DNA of 64,000 nt from the human T2T-CHM13v2.0 reference genome, Homo sapiens (GCF_009914755.1 NC_060931.1), one strand, 5' to 3'. Shown: positions 34,022-55,435, counted from the stretch's first letter. Notes: generated by a model not told the origin, from the letters alone. Numbers and translations: made by a program.

Positions 34022-34675
34022 TTTTTAAATTTTAAGTTTTGTGGGTACATAGTAGGTGTATATATTTATAAGGTACCTGAGATACTTTGATACAGGCATA
34101 TAATATGTAATCATTATGTGATAGAAAATGTGGTATCTATCCCCTCCAGCATTTATCCTTTGTGTTACAAACAATCCAATTATACTCCTTTAGTCACTTT
34201 TAAATGTACAATTAAATTATGTTTGACTATATTGTCAACCTGTTGTGCTATCAAAGACTAGGTCTTATTCATTTTTTCTATTTTTTGTACCCATTAACCA
34301 TCCCACCTTCCTCCCAACACCCCCACTACCCTTCCCAGCCTCTGGTAACCATCCTTCTACTGTCTGTCTCCATGAGTTGAATTGTTTTGATTTTTCGATC
34401 CCACAGTTAAGTGAGAACATGCGATGTTTGCCTTTCTGTGCCTGGCTAATATCACTTAGCATAATGACCTCCAGTTCCATCCATGTTGGAGATGACAGGA
34501 CCTCATTCTTTTTTTATGGGTGAATAGTACTCCATTATATATAAATACCACATTTTCTTTATCCATTCATCTGCCATTGGATACTTAGGTTGCTTCCAAA
34601 TCTTGGCCATTGTGACTAGTGTTGCAATAAACATGGGAATGCAGATGTCTCTTCCATGTTCGATATACTGATCTG
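34022..34675 (-). mobile_element. 5'-truncated L1MA 3' end
   Basis: gtgggtacatagtaggtgtatatatttat...ttgtgttacaaacaatccaattatactc; TSD aaaagagttttg at 34010-34021 and 34676-34687. Confidence 0.9.
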
Positions 34676-34756
34676 AAAAGAGTTTTGATACAAATATATG
34701 TAGTATATAAACTTCTCTAATGCCTTACTTCAAAACCTGTAGTTATTTGTGGATCT

Positions 34757-35079
<323 letters not shown>

Positions 35080-35179
35080 TAAAATCGAGCAAGTATTTGT
35101 AATCCTTGAAACAAAATGTACACACATGTGTATGCACACATACATATGCATATACACATATGTGTATATATGTACATAT

Positions 35180-35402
35180 ATGCTGTTGTCTGTCAGTATC
35201 TGCAGGGGATTGGTTCCAGGACCCCCGTGGATACCAAAATCTACAGTTACCATCCTGCAGTTCACCCTGCAGAACCCACAGATATGAAAAGTTGGCCTTC
35301 TCTATTCAAGGTTCCCACATCCCTCGAGTACTGCCCTTTCTATTTGCAGTTGGTTGAATCTCCAGATGCTGAAGGAACCCAGAAATACAGAAGGCTAACT
35401 GC
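35180..35402. mobile_element. MER2B-like DNA transposon
   Basis: ggggattggttccaggacccccgtggataccaaaatc...ttggttgaatc...gaaggctaactg. Confidence 0.75.
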
Positions 35403-35423
35403 ATATTACATACCTGTGTATAC

Positions 35424-35425
<2 letters not shown>

Positions 35426-35465
<40 letters not shown>
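35426..35465. repeat. (GT)n microsatellite
   Basis: Direct reading, ~20 units. Confidence 0.95.
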
Positions 35466-35468
<3 letters not shown>

Positions 35469-35601
35469 CCCAAATAAATTCAGGTCCTCAAACTGTAATG
35501 ATCACCATATTTAAAAAAGATTTCCCTCTTAAAATTATCTTTTTTTGTGAATCATCATTTTGCTTCATGCTCTGTTAATGTAAGAGGAACAGAATCCCTT
35601 G

Positions 35602-35960
35602 GGTGTTAGTCCATTTTCATGCTGCTGATAAAGACACACCCGAGACTGAGCAATTCACAAAACAAAGAGGTTTAATGGGACTTACAGTTCCACATGGCTG
35701 GAGAAGCCTCGCAATCATGATGGAAGGCAAGGAGGAGCAAGTCACATCTTACATGGATGGTGGCAGGCAAAAAAAATGAGAGAACTTGTGCAGGGGAACC
35801 CCACTTTTTGAAGCCATCAGCTCTCGTGAGACTTATTCACTATCATGAGAACAGCATGGGAAACACTTGCCCCATGATTCAGTTACCTCCTACCAGGTCC
35901 CCCCACAACATGTGGGAATTCAAGATGAGATTTGGGTGGGGACCCAGCCAAACCATATCA
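35602..35960 (-). mobile_element. THE1 (B/C-like) solo LTR
   Basis: gctgctgataaagaca...ttacagttccacatggctgg...gagatttgggtggggacccagccaaaccatatca; 5-bp TSD ccttg at 35597-35601 and 35961-35965. Confidence 0.92.
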
Positions 35961-37421
35961 CCTTGTTCTTTGCCTTTAGACTTTATAAAATATTTATCCA
36001 GCCTCCTATTCTTTCCTTGAATTTTTCCCACTTACATAATGGTGTGTTTTGAGATTGAATAATTCTGAAAAAAAAAAAGACTTTTTAAATACAATTTTAA
36101 AAGAAATTAAAGTTAATAAAGTGAATAAAGTTGGTACACTTTTAAAAAATGTTTAAAGTTGGTACTAAAATGTCCTAAACATACTGAAAATACTACTGCC
36201 AATCATTAAATAAAGACCTATAAGCCAATAGAAAATAAGAAAATAGAAAAATAAGGAAAAGAAACAAATCCTTTAATGAAATCCACACAGCTCTTAAATA
36301 TAGATAAAAAATTAGTGAAGAAGTAAGTACTCTCATACACCTGGTGAGACTATAAATTGCTTCAGCCTCATCTTTGAAGGTCACTTTTATGGTACCTGTT
36401 AAAATAAAAAATGTGCACTTTGAGTCAACAGTTCATATCTAGTAATTTCCCCTGAGACATACATTCATGTGAAGAAAAATATATACAAGATTATTCATTG
36501 TGACATTATTTATAATAGCAGAAGATTAGAAGCAAACTATCCATCAGTCAGGAGCCAGTTAAAATAAGTTATGGTTCAACCACACATTGAATTGGTTTTG
36601 ACCCAAGTGTCTGGGGGTGGAGGGAGACCTTTGGCTGTATTCTTCCTTGTACCTTTTCTGAGTGTGACTTATTTTTAAAAAGGACAACTGTCAGAAGCCA
36701 CCCCTAAGAAGATCATTTTTCTAAGGAATAATAACCTAGAAAGCTAGTATTTTCTATTTTGTAGGTTATTTTTCTGGGGAAAAATAGCCTATAAGTGTTT
36801 ATCTTTATTCATTTATTTTTCTGTCTCTCTGACCAGAGAACAGGGCCCTTGTCGGCCTTAGTCATTGGTCCCCAGAAACTAGAAGAATTTTTACCAGATA
36901 TTAAATGCTCAATAAATATTTGCTGAGTGAATCAATACAGTTTGTGCAGTTTAGTTCTTTTTAACATTTATTTACAGACTGGAATATTAAGCTTTATGCA
37001 AACCTAAGAGGCCATCATAAAAATAAAAATACATCATGTATATTTATTTTCCCTAAATATTCTAACCAACACGCAAAATAATTTTCCAAGTCTTAGACTA
37101 GTAATTGCTCAACTTGAATATGTTGTTTGAGCACCATTTGGTACAGTGGCTACTGAAAAGCACTGAGTGTTTCCTTTCATACTCCATTTATTCCCCCGCC
37201 TTTTGGAAGTGTTCAGACATTTTTACAGTTCGTGTTTGTCTAGCCAAAATATTTCACTGGAAGCCCATGGGGGTCTTTCTACTCCTCAGAAAGCGAGCAG
37301 AGTGTGAGTGTTTGACTCCCAGGGCACCATACTATAATAGCTATGCAACCTTGGCCAAACCACTGAACCTCTGTGAAGTCTTTGCTTCCTCACTGTAAAG
37401 TGGGGTTAAGAGTACTTCCTA

Positions 37422-37778
<357 letters not shown>

Positions 37779-37797
37779 TCAATAATGTCAGTGCTAT

Positions 37798-38424
<627 letters not shown>

Positions 38425-38461
38425 AGCCAGTGCTTTTATTAATAAAATTAGTTCAGAATTA

Positions 38462-38843
<382 letters not shown>

Positions 38844-40162
38844 CTATAATCATTTCCACCAACTCTTGCTTTGTGCGTAGTATATTTCAAGTTCTGTGCT
38901 AGGCCGGGGCATATAGTTACAACTGGGATGTGGTCTTTGCCTTAGAGGAATTGTTTGTGTGGGAGATAGATAGTTTCAGGACTTGGTGAGAAGTGCTGGG
39001 CTACAAGGAGCGTGAGGAGAGATGCTGACATTGACATCAGAAAAGGCATTCTGCAAGAAGTGATAGCGGAACTGAGACTTAAAACGTAGTGTTATTTAAT
39101 GCATACTTTATTCATCTGGCATAAACTTAAAATGTCACAGACTGATAGGGAGTTAGAAGTAAGCTTTCCCTCCACTCTGACCTCCAGCTGCTCTGTGTTC
39201 CTTAAGAGCCACCACTGATTACTAAAGAGCCTTCCTGTTTGCGGAAGCAGGCAGAGTTTGGCGATTTGGGAAAGCACGTGTGGCTTGTGGAGCAGTTCAG
39301 TTCCACCAGAGTCCAAGAGCATGGGGTCAGATGGGGAGTGGAATGACAGTGGATAAGCTGGGGTGTTGAGAAGGAGTTTTCTCAGCCTTCATGTTAAAAA
39401 ACAAAGCTACACTACTCCAAAAATGGGAAATGGTCTTAACGATCTAGCTGTCCACAAGCTGGTAGTGCCTGGCACACTGAGAGAGCTTTTAAAAGGCTGT
39501 TTAAATAATTCTGTGATTCTAAAAACATTCAAGTAATCATTTGACAGAAGCTGAGAAAGCGTTTTTTGGTGTATATGCTAATTAGCTAATTTTTTGACTT
39601 AAAACCGGTTGAACAAAAACATTTATAATAGTGTAAAAGTATTGAGTCATGGATGACATTTTCTCATGTTTTCCAGTTTCCACTGAAAACAAACAAAATC
39701 TATGATAACATTACAGAAAAACAATTTGTATTTTATCTTTAAAAGTTTAATGAAATTTTATATAGGTCATTAATGTAGCAGTGGATCATTAATTCAGTAG
39801 ACATTTCTAGGACTCCAAGGCCTAGATGACCAAATACATGGGTAGTGTGTGTCATGGGAGGGTGACTTAAAGACTTTTTTCATTTGAGAAAGTATCTTTT
39901 ATGTGACGCTAGCTGTGTATTAAGGTCAGCCTTGAGTAAATTATGGCTTGAATAGTAGTGACACACAACTACCTAAAAAATAAGAAAAATGGTTTTAAAG
40001 ATCTGGCAAGCCACAAGGGAATAGAATTTTCTCTACCCTTTGACTTTTGATTCATATATCATCAGATTGTCTGAAGAGTATATGAACAGACATCTCTTCC
40101 AAATACAGGCGTACCCTACAGGTCACCTCTTTGTGTTGCTGGTTTTCCACTACAACATCTCT

Positions 40163-40462
40163 TTGTTTTGTTTTGTTTTTTTGAGCTGGAGTCTTGCTCT
40201 GTCACCCAGGCTGGAGTGCAGTGGCATGATCTCAGCTCACTGCAGCCTCCACCTCCCGACTCAAGCAATCCTCCTGCCTCAGCCTTCCGAGTAGCTGGAA
40301 CTACAGGCGTGTGTCACCACACCTGGCTAATTTTTGTATTTTTTATAGAGACAGGGTTTCGCCGTGTTGCCCAGCCTCCTCTAGAGCTCTGAGCTGAAGC
40401 TATCTGCCCGGGTTGGCCTCCCAAAGTGCTGAGATTGCAGGCGTGAGCCACCGGGCCTGGCC
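40163..40462 (-). mobile_element. AluJ
   Basis: TSD ctctttgtttt. Confidence 0.92.
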
Positions 40463-40839
40463 TCCTCTTTGTTTTTAATATCCAAACTTCCTACAGCACA
40501 GCAGTCTTTCAATACAACGTTTTTAACTGATACTTACAAAGGCAACATTTATATTTATTTCCAAAAACTAATACAGCATTTTAAACAAAAACATATGCAG
40601 GAAAAATCCAGAATGCCAGCTCCAAATACAATCAGTCGATGGTGAGAGTCAGATGTGGGTGATTTGAAAGGCCTACTAATTTGCTTCTTGCTGGTGCTGG
40701 CACTGAGAGAGGCCACTTTCCCATCCTGAGCAGTTGATGTGAATCTTGTTTTTTTGTTTTCAGTTGTTAGCAGTCTTTTACATATTTTACAGACCAATAC
40801 AATGGCTATTGTACATATGGGCATTTTACCCTGTTTTAG

Positions 40840-41141
<302 letters not shown>

Positions 41142-41420
41142 GGTTTCATTTTTAAAAACTGGAGATTTTGAGTTGATGTGTAACACATTTTAATTTTTCC
41201 CAATTAAAATAGTGTGAAATATGCTTCATTTAGCATTTTCAGGAACAGGTTGGTGCTCTCAGCTAGGAGATTCCTGTGTTACTATTGTTTCATCATCTTA
41301 GATCAGCCAGTGATATGGTGGTTCTTTAAATGCATTGGGTATATATTTCCTATGGTCATTTTTTTCTGAATGCCTTCCTGCTGCCCACTGTATTTCAAGT
41401 AGTATTTTTCAAATTTATAG

Positions 41421-41843
<423 letters not shown>

Positions 41844-42796
41844 TAACTTTATCTCCTTTGTAACATAAGTAGTTTTCCATCCTGTGATAGAATCTTGCTC
41901 TATTTCTTCATAATGATAGATTGCCTTCCTCCAATACTTACCCATTTTCCCTTGTATTTTTATTTTTATGATGCCTTCTTATGTTTGCATAACATTTAAT
42001 ATACTAGACCATAAACAATGTTAAAAAGATCTGAACTGTCCAAACTGTATTCATTCACTCAACAAATATTTATTGAGTGCTTAATATCTGGTAAAGATTC
42101 TTCTAGCTTCTGAGGACAAGCGAATAGGCAGATAAGGCCCCTATTTTCTGATAGGAGAGATGAAAAATAAAAATATAACATAGGCTACTGCCACTGAACA
42201 CAATGGAGCAAGACCAACAAAAGTGTAAACAAAGCCCAACCACTTGGTAATTCACAAGACTCAATTTTAATCTTCATTAAGTGAAAGGGAATCAAAACTA
42301 CAATTATAGATACTTGTAAGATAGTGAAAATAAGAATATTGTATAACAATATTCAGAATTGGACCAAATGTGAATTATATCACTTGGGATTCAGATCAGC
42401 TGCATATAACATCCCCAGATAGTGAGTAGGTTAATCAAGTTAGAAATATCTTTTCTTCTAATGTCACAGAAGCCTGATTGTAGGTGAACCAGAGGCTGAT
42501 ACAGTGGCTTCACAGTGTCATCAGAGACTCAGATTCCTGTCTTCTTTGACATTCAACAGATGACTTTCATTCTGCAGTGTACTTCATGGTTCATAATGGT
42601 TGCTAGAGCCATCATGTTGGCATTCCAGCCTTCATTTTGAGTAGACAGTACAAAGATGTGTACAAGAAGGGCACATCTTCTTTCTTTTAAAATTATTTGC
42701 ATAACTCTTCCATTTACATCTTTTTAGCCAGAACTAGGTGTCTTAGTCACCCCTTGCTAGAGGGAGACTGGGAAATAGGTTCTTTTAGCAGAGCAG

Positions 42797-43075
42797 AGTC
42801 AGCCCTCTGTATCCACAGGCTGTGTCCTTGCAGATTCAACCAACCACAGATTGAAAATATTCAGAAAAAAATAACAATACAACAGTAAAAAAATACAGTG
42901 TAAAGACTACCTAGCGTTTACATTGTATTAGCTATTGTAAGTAATCTAGAGATTATTTAAAGTATATTGGAGAATGTGCATAGGTTAAATGCAAATATGA
43001 CATCATTTTATGAAGAAACTGGAGCATCCATGGATTTTGCCATCCATGAGGTTCCTGGATCCATTCCCCCACAGA
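42797..43075. mobile_element. MER2/Tigger3-type DNA transposon
   Basis: agtcagccctctgtatcc...gattcaaccaaccacagattgaaaatattc...taagtaatctagaga. Confidence 0.8.
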
Positions 43076-43114
43076 TCATATATTGCTGTGACCAAGTAGC
43101 TCAAGCATGCTCTG

Positions 43115-43465
43115 TATTTTTTTTTTTAACTCTTAAGTTCAAAGGTATACGTGCACATTGGTTACACAGATAAACTTGTGTCATGGGAGTTCGTTGTACA
43201 GATTATTTCATCATCCAGGTATTAAGCCTGCTACCCATTTGTTTTTTTCCTGATCCTCTCCGTCCTCCCATTCTCCACTCTGTGATAGGCCCCAGTGTGT
43301 GTTGTTCCTCTCTATGTGTCCATGTGTTCTCATCATTTAGCTACCACTTATAAGTGAGAGCATGTGGTATTTGGTTTTCCATTCCTGTGTTAGTTTACTG
43401 AGGATAATGGCCTCCAGCTCCAACCATGTCCCTGCAAAGGACATGATCTTGTTCTTTTTTACGTC
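43115..43465 (-). mobile_element. L1PA (old, PA13-16-like) 3' end
   Basis: gtacagattatttcatcatccaggtattaagcct...gataatggcctccagctccaaccatgtccctgcaaaggacatgatc. Confidence 0.85.
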
Positions 43466-44118
43466 TGCAAGGTTCTCTGCTTATAAGGACAAAGGGGAGA
43501 ATAGGGATTGGTGGGCAACTAGTCATCTACTAGTTAGCTTAGTAAGCTAAGCATTAAATCTAAGAAATAGCAAAATAAGCCTATGGAAATTAGGAAGAAG
43601 GAAAGAATCAAGGTAAAAGAAAAAATAAATTAATTTGGAAAAAAAAAAAGAAACCCAAATATTTGACAAATCAGAGATTATTGATGCCTGTTACCAAAGT
43701 AATCTCAATGGTTTGGTGGAGATGGACGGCAGATTGTCATAATATTTGGCAAGAAAGAGAACAGATGGTCATCTTGGGAGGAAGGGTCACAGAAGGCTTT
43801 GGGGTTTGTGGGGGGGCTTTGAGGGGAGGGTTATTGGTCTGTTGGTTTGAAGTGGGGAGACTTGAACATGGACATGTAGGTAGAGAAGAAGATGTAAGAG
43901 AGTTGATCTTTATATATCTCAGTAGAGATATGTTTTATTTCTAATTTCTAGAATAATGGTTTCACCTGTTTCTCAGGATTCTTGAGTTATTGTGATATGT
44001 GTGTAAATGGTTTGTACTCGTTCAACAGAGTGTCGTAAGATTAAAAAAAAAAAATTAACATGAGTCCGAGACTCCAAGTTGGAACTAAGGTCACTTAACA
44101 AGGTTTACTTGAAAGTGA

Positions 44119-44423
<305 letters not shown>

Positions 44424-45415
44424 GTTGAAAGTGATTTTTATTTGTTCTAGGTCACACAGATAATGGATTTTCACCTAGCAGAGAATTGGGGGAGGGGGCA
44501 CTCCAAGAGCACCCAGGTGGTTTGAACTGACATTTTAAAAAATAACCATTGCTTTCAATTTGTTTTTAATGATATTTCCTTTGAAATTTCAAATAGCATT
44601 GAAGGAACATTTTCATGTTTATCAAAAGTGGCTTGGGATTTAAAATGATTGTGACCCATTGCCACAAACAGATAACAAAGAAGTCATCGCGCACCACCCC
44701 CAACCCCCGGTCTTGACTAAGAGACCAGTGGCATTTTACCCCGTTACCAAGTAGATTTCATCCTCCTTAATTTCTTCTAAATGGAATCATTCACGGCCAT
44801 TCACCTCACCACTTGTTTAAAAATTTTTAGCCTGGCTATTGCCATTTTGGAGATTAGAGCTGAACCTTTTTATGAGAATCATCATGTTTGATTTATGAAA
44901 AAGAGAATTTACAGGAAAGGGAAATTAAAAAGAATGATCAGAAGCTAATTTCTTTTGCTCATTCAAACTAGAAAGAAGGAAGCACTTTCTCAAGTTGACA
45001 TTTGAAAACCTATATTAGTGCATCTGGGAAATGAAGATAATAGAAACTATATGGGTTCTATTTGATTTATGGCAGTGTGAAGATGGCTTGCTCTTCTGAT
45101 GTGGGTCCATAAGAAACTCATATACATGGCAAAAACTCATTTGCCACTTTCCTAGGAATAAAAAAAATTTTGCCATTAGTTCCTTCATAGTCTGAGATAT
45201 TGGATTGAAATAAATACCATTTATATTCAGCCATTTGCACCTTCCCTTCCACACACTGGGGGAAAAAATGTGTTTTGCCTGTTAGAAATGTTAAAAATCA
45301 TGTAAATAAAATTTGAGCAGCTCTTAGAGTTTGTTAGCTTTTTCTCTACCAGTTTTAGAATCTTTCTGATGTGATATTTTTCTAGCTTTGGAGCTTGTCA
45401 AAAAAGGAAAAAAAA

Positions 45416-45475
<60 letters not shown>
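45416..45475. repeat. (TATC)15 tetranucleotide STR
   Basis: 15 perfect copies. Confidence 0.97.
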
Positions 45476-45476
<1 letters not shown>

Positions 45477-46656
45477 CTCTATGTTAAAAACCTGAAGGGA
45501 TATATCATCATTCATTTCTCCTCCTAACACGTGAACCACATCATGAGATGTGGGGAGACCCCGACCTGGTCCAGTGGCTGAAGGAACACTTCATTTTATT
45601 TTTGTTCACTCTTATCTGTTGACTCCATTGACTTTCAAAGCTAACTATTTAAAGATTTATGTCACCAGAAAGCACATTTCCCTTCTTTTCTTCTCCTGGC
45701 TTATGAAAGCAAATTACCATCTTTTGCCTTTATGTTCTTTGAAAATATCTGGTAGACTCTGAAAAACACTGGAGAATTCCCAGGTTGTAGGTCCATTTGT
45801 CTGTTTATAACCCATTATGACATGACCATGTCTTCACCATTCCTCCTAGCGTAAAGGCAGTGATTCTTTTTGGACTCCTGGTTGCCATTTTCTGGGTGTG
45901 GTAGGACTGAGGACAGGGATTAGAGGAAAGCTAGAGACTGCCTAGTTTTCTAGAACTTCCTCATAATCTCTGAAAGGGAAATAGGGAAGTAGAGAAGCAG
46001 AGTCCACAACAAACACAAACCTACCACCTTTGGTGTCATTCTCAGATCAGGAAAACAAAACAAAACCCAAAACAAAAAAACTACCACCTGCCCATCTCTT
46101 AGTGGAGGTGCAGTTTGGATACAGTCATTTCATTATCAAACACAAAGATTATATCCTACAACATCTGTGTGATAGGGGAAGTCAAGTTTGAAGAATTAAG
46201 CTCTTTAAAGCAAAATTTAGATCAAAGTTGGGAATTGTAGCAATCAGTGAAAACCCTTCTAAATATTATGTTCATTTAGTAAAAGGACCAAGGAAATAAT
46301 GTTGAATAGAGAATATTAGTAACATTTTATACACCTTTAATTAGTAATGAGTACTATTCAATGAATTTCTACTTTTCTGTTTCTTTCTTGCAACTAAAAT
46401 TTCAGATTCTCCTACAGCATCCACGTGATAATTATAAATTTGTTTTGTCCTGTGTTTGTGCATAGTAAATACAGGCCTTGTCTTTTTTTTCCCCCCTGTC
46501 TGACCCATGACTGAGCTATTGACTTTCAGGGTCCACTGGGCTCAAGAAACCCAGATAATTTCGTGCTTGAAATTAAAAACCTGTGGGTAAATTTTATTTA
46601 ATCCATTTAATGTATCCTATTTCAAACTTACTTTCTAACACATTAGTTACCTATAG

Positions 46657-47062
<406 letters not shown>

Positions 47063-47409
47063 TAATTCTAAAGTGCATTTTTAAGGCCTGGGTTTGTTTT
47101 GTCTTTTAATTCTTACTTGTGACTGTAATCCAGAACCTTCTACTGCTCTGCCTTTTATTTTATATCCCTTTCTCTCTTACCAATACCTAGGTCTTTCTTT
47201 TTCCTAATGTCTCCTTTAGGAGTGATTCAGAATTCTTATATATTTTCATTTAAATCTTCACAGTTAAGGAAAATACATAGAGGAATATATCTACAAGCAG
47301 TAGCAGGATTTTGCAAACAGGAAACTGGTGTTCAAACAAGAATTATTGTGTCAGATGGCAGAATCTGAAAGTAGTTCTTTCTCAACAGAAATGGTAGTGA
47401 CTGGTGTGA

Positions 47410-47960
<551 letters not shown>

Positions 47961-48180
47961 ATTAGACTCACCATTAGGATACTCGGAAACTGCTCTGCTA
48001 AGACTTTACTCATGAATTGCCCTATCTATAATGGCTTCCTCGTTCATCCTCCTGAATGCAGTGCTATTTCACCTTGCTCACCATCAGTTTCCTCTTGAAA
48101 CTCTCTCCTTTGGGGGTTTTAGAAGATTTTGCTCTCATTGTTTTTTTCTTCTTTGCTGGCATCTTCCCCTCATCTTTTGA

Positions 48181-48635
<455 letters not shown>

Positions 48636-48873
48636 TAAAGGAACACAACTGAGCTTATTGTCTCTGTTCTCAAGCCTGCCTTCCTCCTTGCTAGCTCCAG
48701 CTGTGTAGTTCTCCAGTCACATCACACCAGGGGGAGGTCATTTTTCTATTCTTGTAACATTTAGCCCCAGCCTTCACAGTTGCTAGATGATGTTTATATT
48801 AGGTTTCTTGGGCTTTCTTCCTAATGATTAAGGTAATACATGCTGAATGCATGCTTTTTAAATCTTATGTTTA

Positions 48874-49240
<367 letters not shown>

Positions 49241-49625
49241 TCATGCTATATGTATAATGTAGTCTGTTTTTAAGGAAAATAATTACTTTATCAAATTTGC
49301 TCTCATAAAATATACAGAAATATAAAAATGAAAACCACCCTGGTTGGACCCCCATTTCCTTCCCGCTTAAGTTTCACTCCCTAGAAGGAGTATCTATTTA
49401 TAATTTAGAAACCATCTTTATTGACATGTTTAGTTTATACTAACTATACTTGAATTTTTAAAGTGCAAATTGAATCATGCTTTGCATACTGCCTACAAGT
49501 TGCTTTTTTTGTTTGTTTAACAATATGTTTAATGTGTTTTACCTCTTTGTATACAAGCAGTTTTACCTCAGTGTTTAATTAGTTGCATTGTATTCCATGG
49601 ATATGTCATTCATTTTAACGACTTT

Positions 49626-49922
49626 CTTTTTTTTTTTTTTTTTTTTGAGACGGAGTCTCGCTCTGTCACCCAGGCTGGAGCGCAGTGGCGTGACCTTAGC
49701 TTACTGCAAGTTCTGCCTCGTGGGTTCACACCATTCTCAGCCTCCCAAGTAGCTGGGACTACAGGTGCCTGCCACCACACCTGGCTATTTTTTTTGTATT
49801 TTTTAGTAGAGATGGGGTTTCACCATGTTAGCCAGGATGGTCTTGATCTCCTGACCTCATGATCCACCTGCCTTGGCCTGCCAAAGTGCTGGGATTACAG
49901 TTGTGAGCCACCGCGCCTGGCC
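49626..49922 (-). mobile_element. AluY
   Basis: TSD tttaacgactttct. Confidence 0.93.
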
Positions 49923-50883
49923 CATTTAACGACTTTCTGATGGTTACTTCCATTTGTCTGTGATTATAAACAGTTGAGCATACTTTTATTTTTCAATAAA
50001 CTTGTATTTTGGAACAGTTTTATGATGGTAGATACCATTCTTTCACTTCCAGATATAGGACTCCCTTAAACATTTCTTGTACAGTCAGTCTAGTGGTGAG
50101 GAATTATCTGTTTTTACTTGTCTGGGAAAGACTTTATTTCTCCTTCATTTCTGAAGGATAGTTTTGCTGGATTTGATAAGCAGTTTTTTTCTTTCAGTAC
50201 TTTGATTGTATCATCCCATTCTCTCCTGTTCTATAAGGGTTCTGCTAAGAAATTTGCTCTTAGTCTAATGGAGATTCCCTTATATATGACTTGACACTCT
50301 TGCTGTTTTTAGAATTCTCTTTCACTTTTGACAGCTTGACTATAGTGTGCCTAGAGAAGACCTTTTTGGATTGAATATATGTGGGGATCTTTGAGCCTGC
50401 TGTATCTGGTTGTCTATCTCTCTCTCTCAAGACTTGGAGAAATTTTAAACTATTATTTTATTAAATAGGTTTTTTATGCCTTTGTCCATTTCTTCTCTTT
50501 CTGGAACTCCTGAAATTCAAATATATGTTTGCTTTATGGTGTCCTGCATGTCACATAGGCTTTCTGTATACTTTTAAATTATCTTTTTTAAAAAAAATCC
50601 GAGTTGTTTCAAAAGTCTTGTCTTCGAGTTCAGAAGTTCTTTCTTCCACTCTAATCTCTTGTTGATGCTCTTGATTTTATTTTTTATTTCATTCATTGAA
50701 TTCTTCTGTTCCAAGATTTCTGATTTGGTTCTATTTTAGGATATCTGTATCTTTGTATTGTTGATCTGTGTTATAATCCACTGAGTTTCCCCAAGATCAT
50801 TATTTTGAATTCTTTTCAGGCATTTCATAAATTTCCTTTTCTTTGAGATCTTTTACTGGAGAATTACGATTTTCCTTTGGAGG

Positions 50884-51461
<578 letters not shown>

Positions 51462-52819
51462 AGAGGTATCATGTTTTCTTGCTTCCTCATCGTTCTTGTG
51501 TCCTTATCATTGATATCTTACACCTGGTTTAATGGTCACTTCTTCCAATTTTATGGATTAGCTTTCAGAGGCAAAGACTTTTTCCTGTAGATGTATTTAT
51601 ACTATTGGTTGGGTAGTGGTTCTGGGTGGGCGCAGCAGTGTAGTCTTTTTATGACTTTTTTGATTGTAATCAATGTCAGTGGTGTCTGAGAGTTCCTCTC
51701 AGTGGCATAGGCTGTGGTTGTTAGTGGAGGCTGTGGTAGGGCTTTGCTGGGAAGGGGATACCAGCCCGATCATTCGTAAGGCACCAGTCAGTGGTGGTGG
51801 CAGCATGGCCCTGGATGGCAGACAAAGATGCCAGTGGTGGCTGTGGGGTCCTGGTCGGGCCAGTCTTTGGGCCTCCAGGTGGCATGCTCATGCAATAGTG
51901 GTGGCAGTCATGGGCTGGGCCTGTGTGTTCTTAGGCCCCAGGCAGTGTGCCATGGTGCTGGCTCTAGCAGTAGTGGCAGCGGACCAATCCTCAGGCCCCT
52001 GGGAGACACGCAGGTGGTGACAGTGGGCGGTGACAGGTGGAGTGGGTTGATCCCCAGGCTCCTGGACAGTGTGTGCAGATGGGCAGACACATCTTCATGC
52101 CCAGAGAAACCACGTTTTCAGGGCACCTGAAGGTGTGTGCAGGTACATTGGCAGCCCTGCCAGGGGTTGCTACTGGTGACTGTGGCCCTAGGCAGGTAGC
52201 TCCCAGGCTTTGGAGAACACATGTTTTGGCTCTTTTCGTCCTGGGAGTAGTCATCCTGGTGTGTTGGCCATCTGTTTCCCAAGGCATAGGACATGGGGTG
52301 GACTAGAGTGCTGGGGACCTGGCCACATCACTGGGTCTGGCTGGCATTGTGCTGCTACAGCCTTCTGGAAGAACATGGGAGATGCCAGCAGGGCTCCAGA
52401 GATGTGGAGATGCAGGGGCTATTGGTCTCCAGGGCAGGATGCAGTCTGGTGGGGGTTGAGCTCAATACGGTGCTGTGATGTAGTTGCTTGGGGCTCCTGG
52501 TGTGAGTGGGACCCAGTGTGAATTCTCTCTCTGGAACAGTTAGTCATGTGGATTCCAGAAAGCCTCCTGTACCAGGCTTAGGGCTTGTGAGAGCTGAGGG
52601 ACTCTTCTGGGGGTAGGGTTGCAGGTGTCAGTGGTGGGGATGTGGGCCACTGGGGACCTCTCACTTACCTTTCCCCTTTCCTTCTGTGTCTTAGACATTC
52701 TCAGTCACTTCCCTGCCAAAAACCCCATATTGTCTCTTAGATGCTCTTTTCGAGGTGTGGTTATCTACTTGCTATTCTGGTCCTTCTTTGTGGAGGAGGT
52801 GAGTACCAAGCGCCTCTAG

Positions 52820-53590
<771 letters not shown>

Positions 53591-53659
53591 TAATAAAATT
53601 TGTATATATTAAGGCTCATTCTTTGTGCTATAAAGTTCTGTGATTTTGATTAGTAAAGA

Positions 53660-54830
<1,171 letters not shown>

Positions 54831-55435
54831 ACTTAGTAATATATCGTGATCCTTTGTCTAAGTATTATATTACCTCAAGTTTAAATTGCTGCATATTCAT
54901 TAGTTGGGTTTGTCATGATTTTCTTAACCCATCTACTATTAAATAGCACTGCAAAAATTTATGTACACCTTTGCACATATTTCTGATCATTTACTTAAAT
55001 TCTGGAAGGCAAATTCCAGGGATAGGAGGCTACAGTTGTAAAGTTTAACAGATATTTCCGAATTTGCCCTTTAGTAAGGTTATATCTCATGGTCTTGTCA
55101 TTTTTGCACATTCTTACATGATGAAGTACAACTCCAGATGTTAATATTTCATCATTATCAGCTTTATAAACAATAACATATATGTCTGATTTTAATGTTA
55201 ATGTTTTACAGTATACTATATCACTAAGGTGTATAAAAAGTGTACAGCTGACTTTCTGTAAGTTCAACTCACCAGTATAACTAGCAGTCCAAAGGCATTT
55301 TTCCTGTTTCTTCCCTGTCATCCCCCACCTCCAAAGGTAGCCACTATTCCCAATCATTCAATATAGTCTTTTATTTTGACTAGCTTCTTTAGTAGCATTA
55401 TGTCTATCATTTAGCCATGCTGTATGTAGTAATAG

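Noticed and set aside
51673-52819. GC-rich stretch with several overlapping ORFs, resembling a gene or promoter
   Set aside because: CpG-depleted and explained as the L1M 5'UTR ending in the L1 start motif
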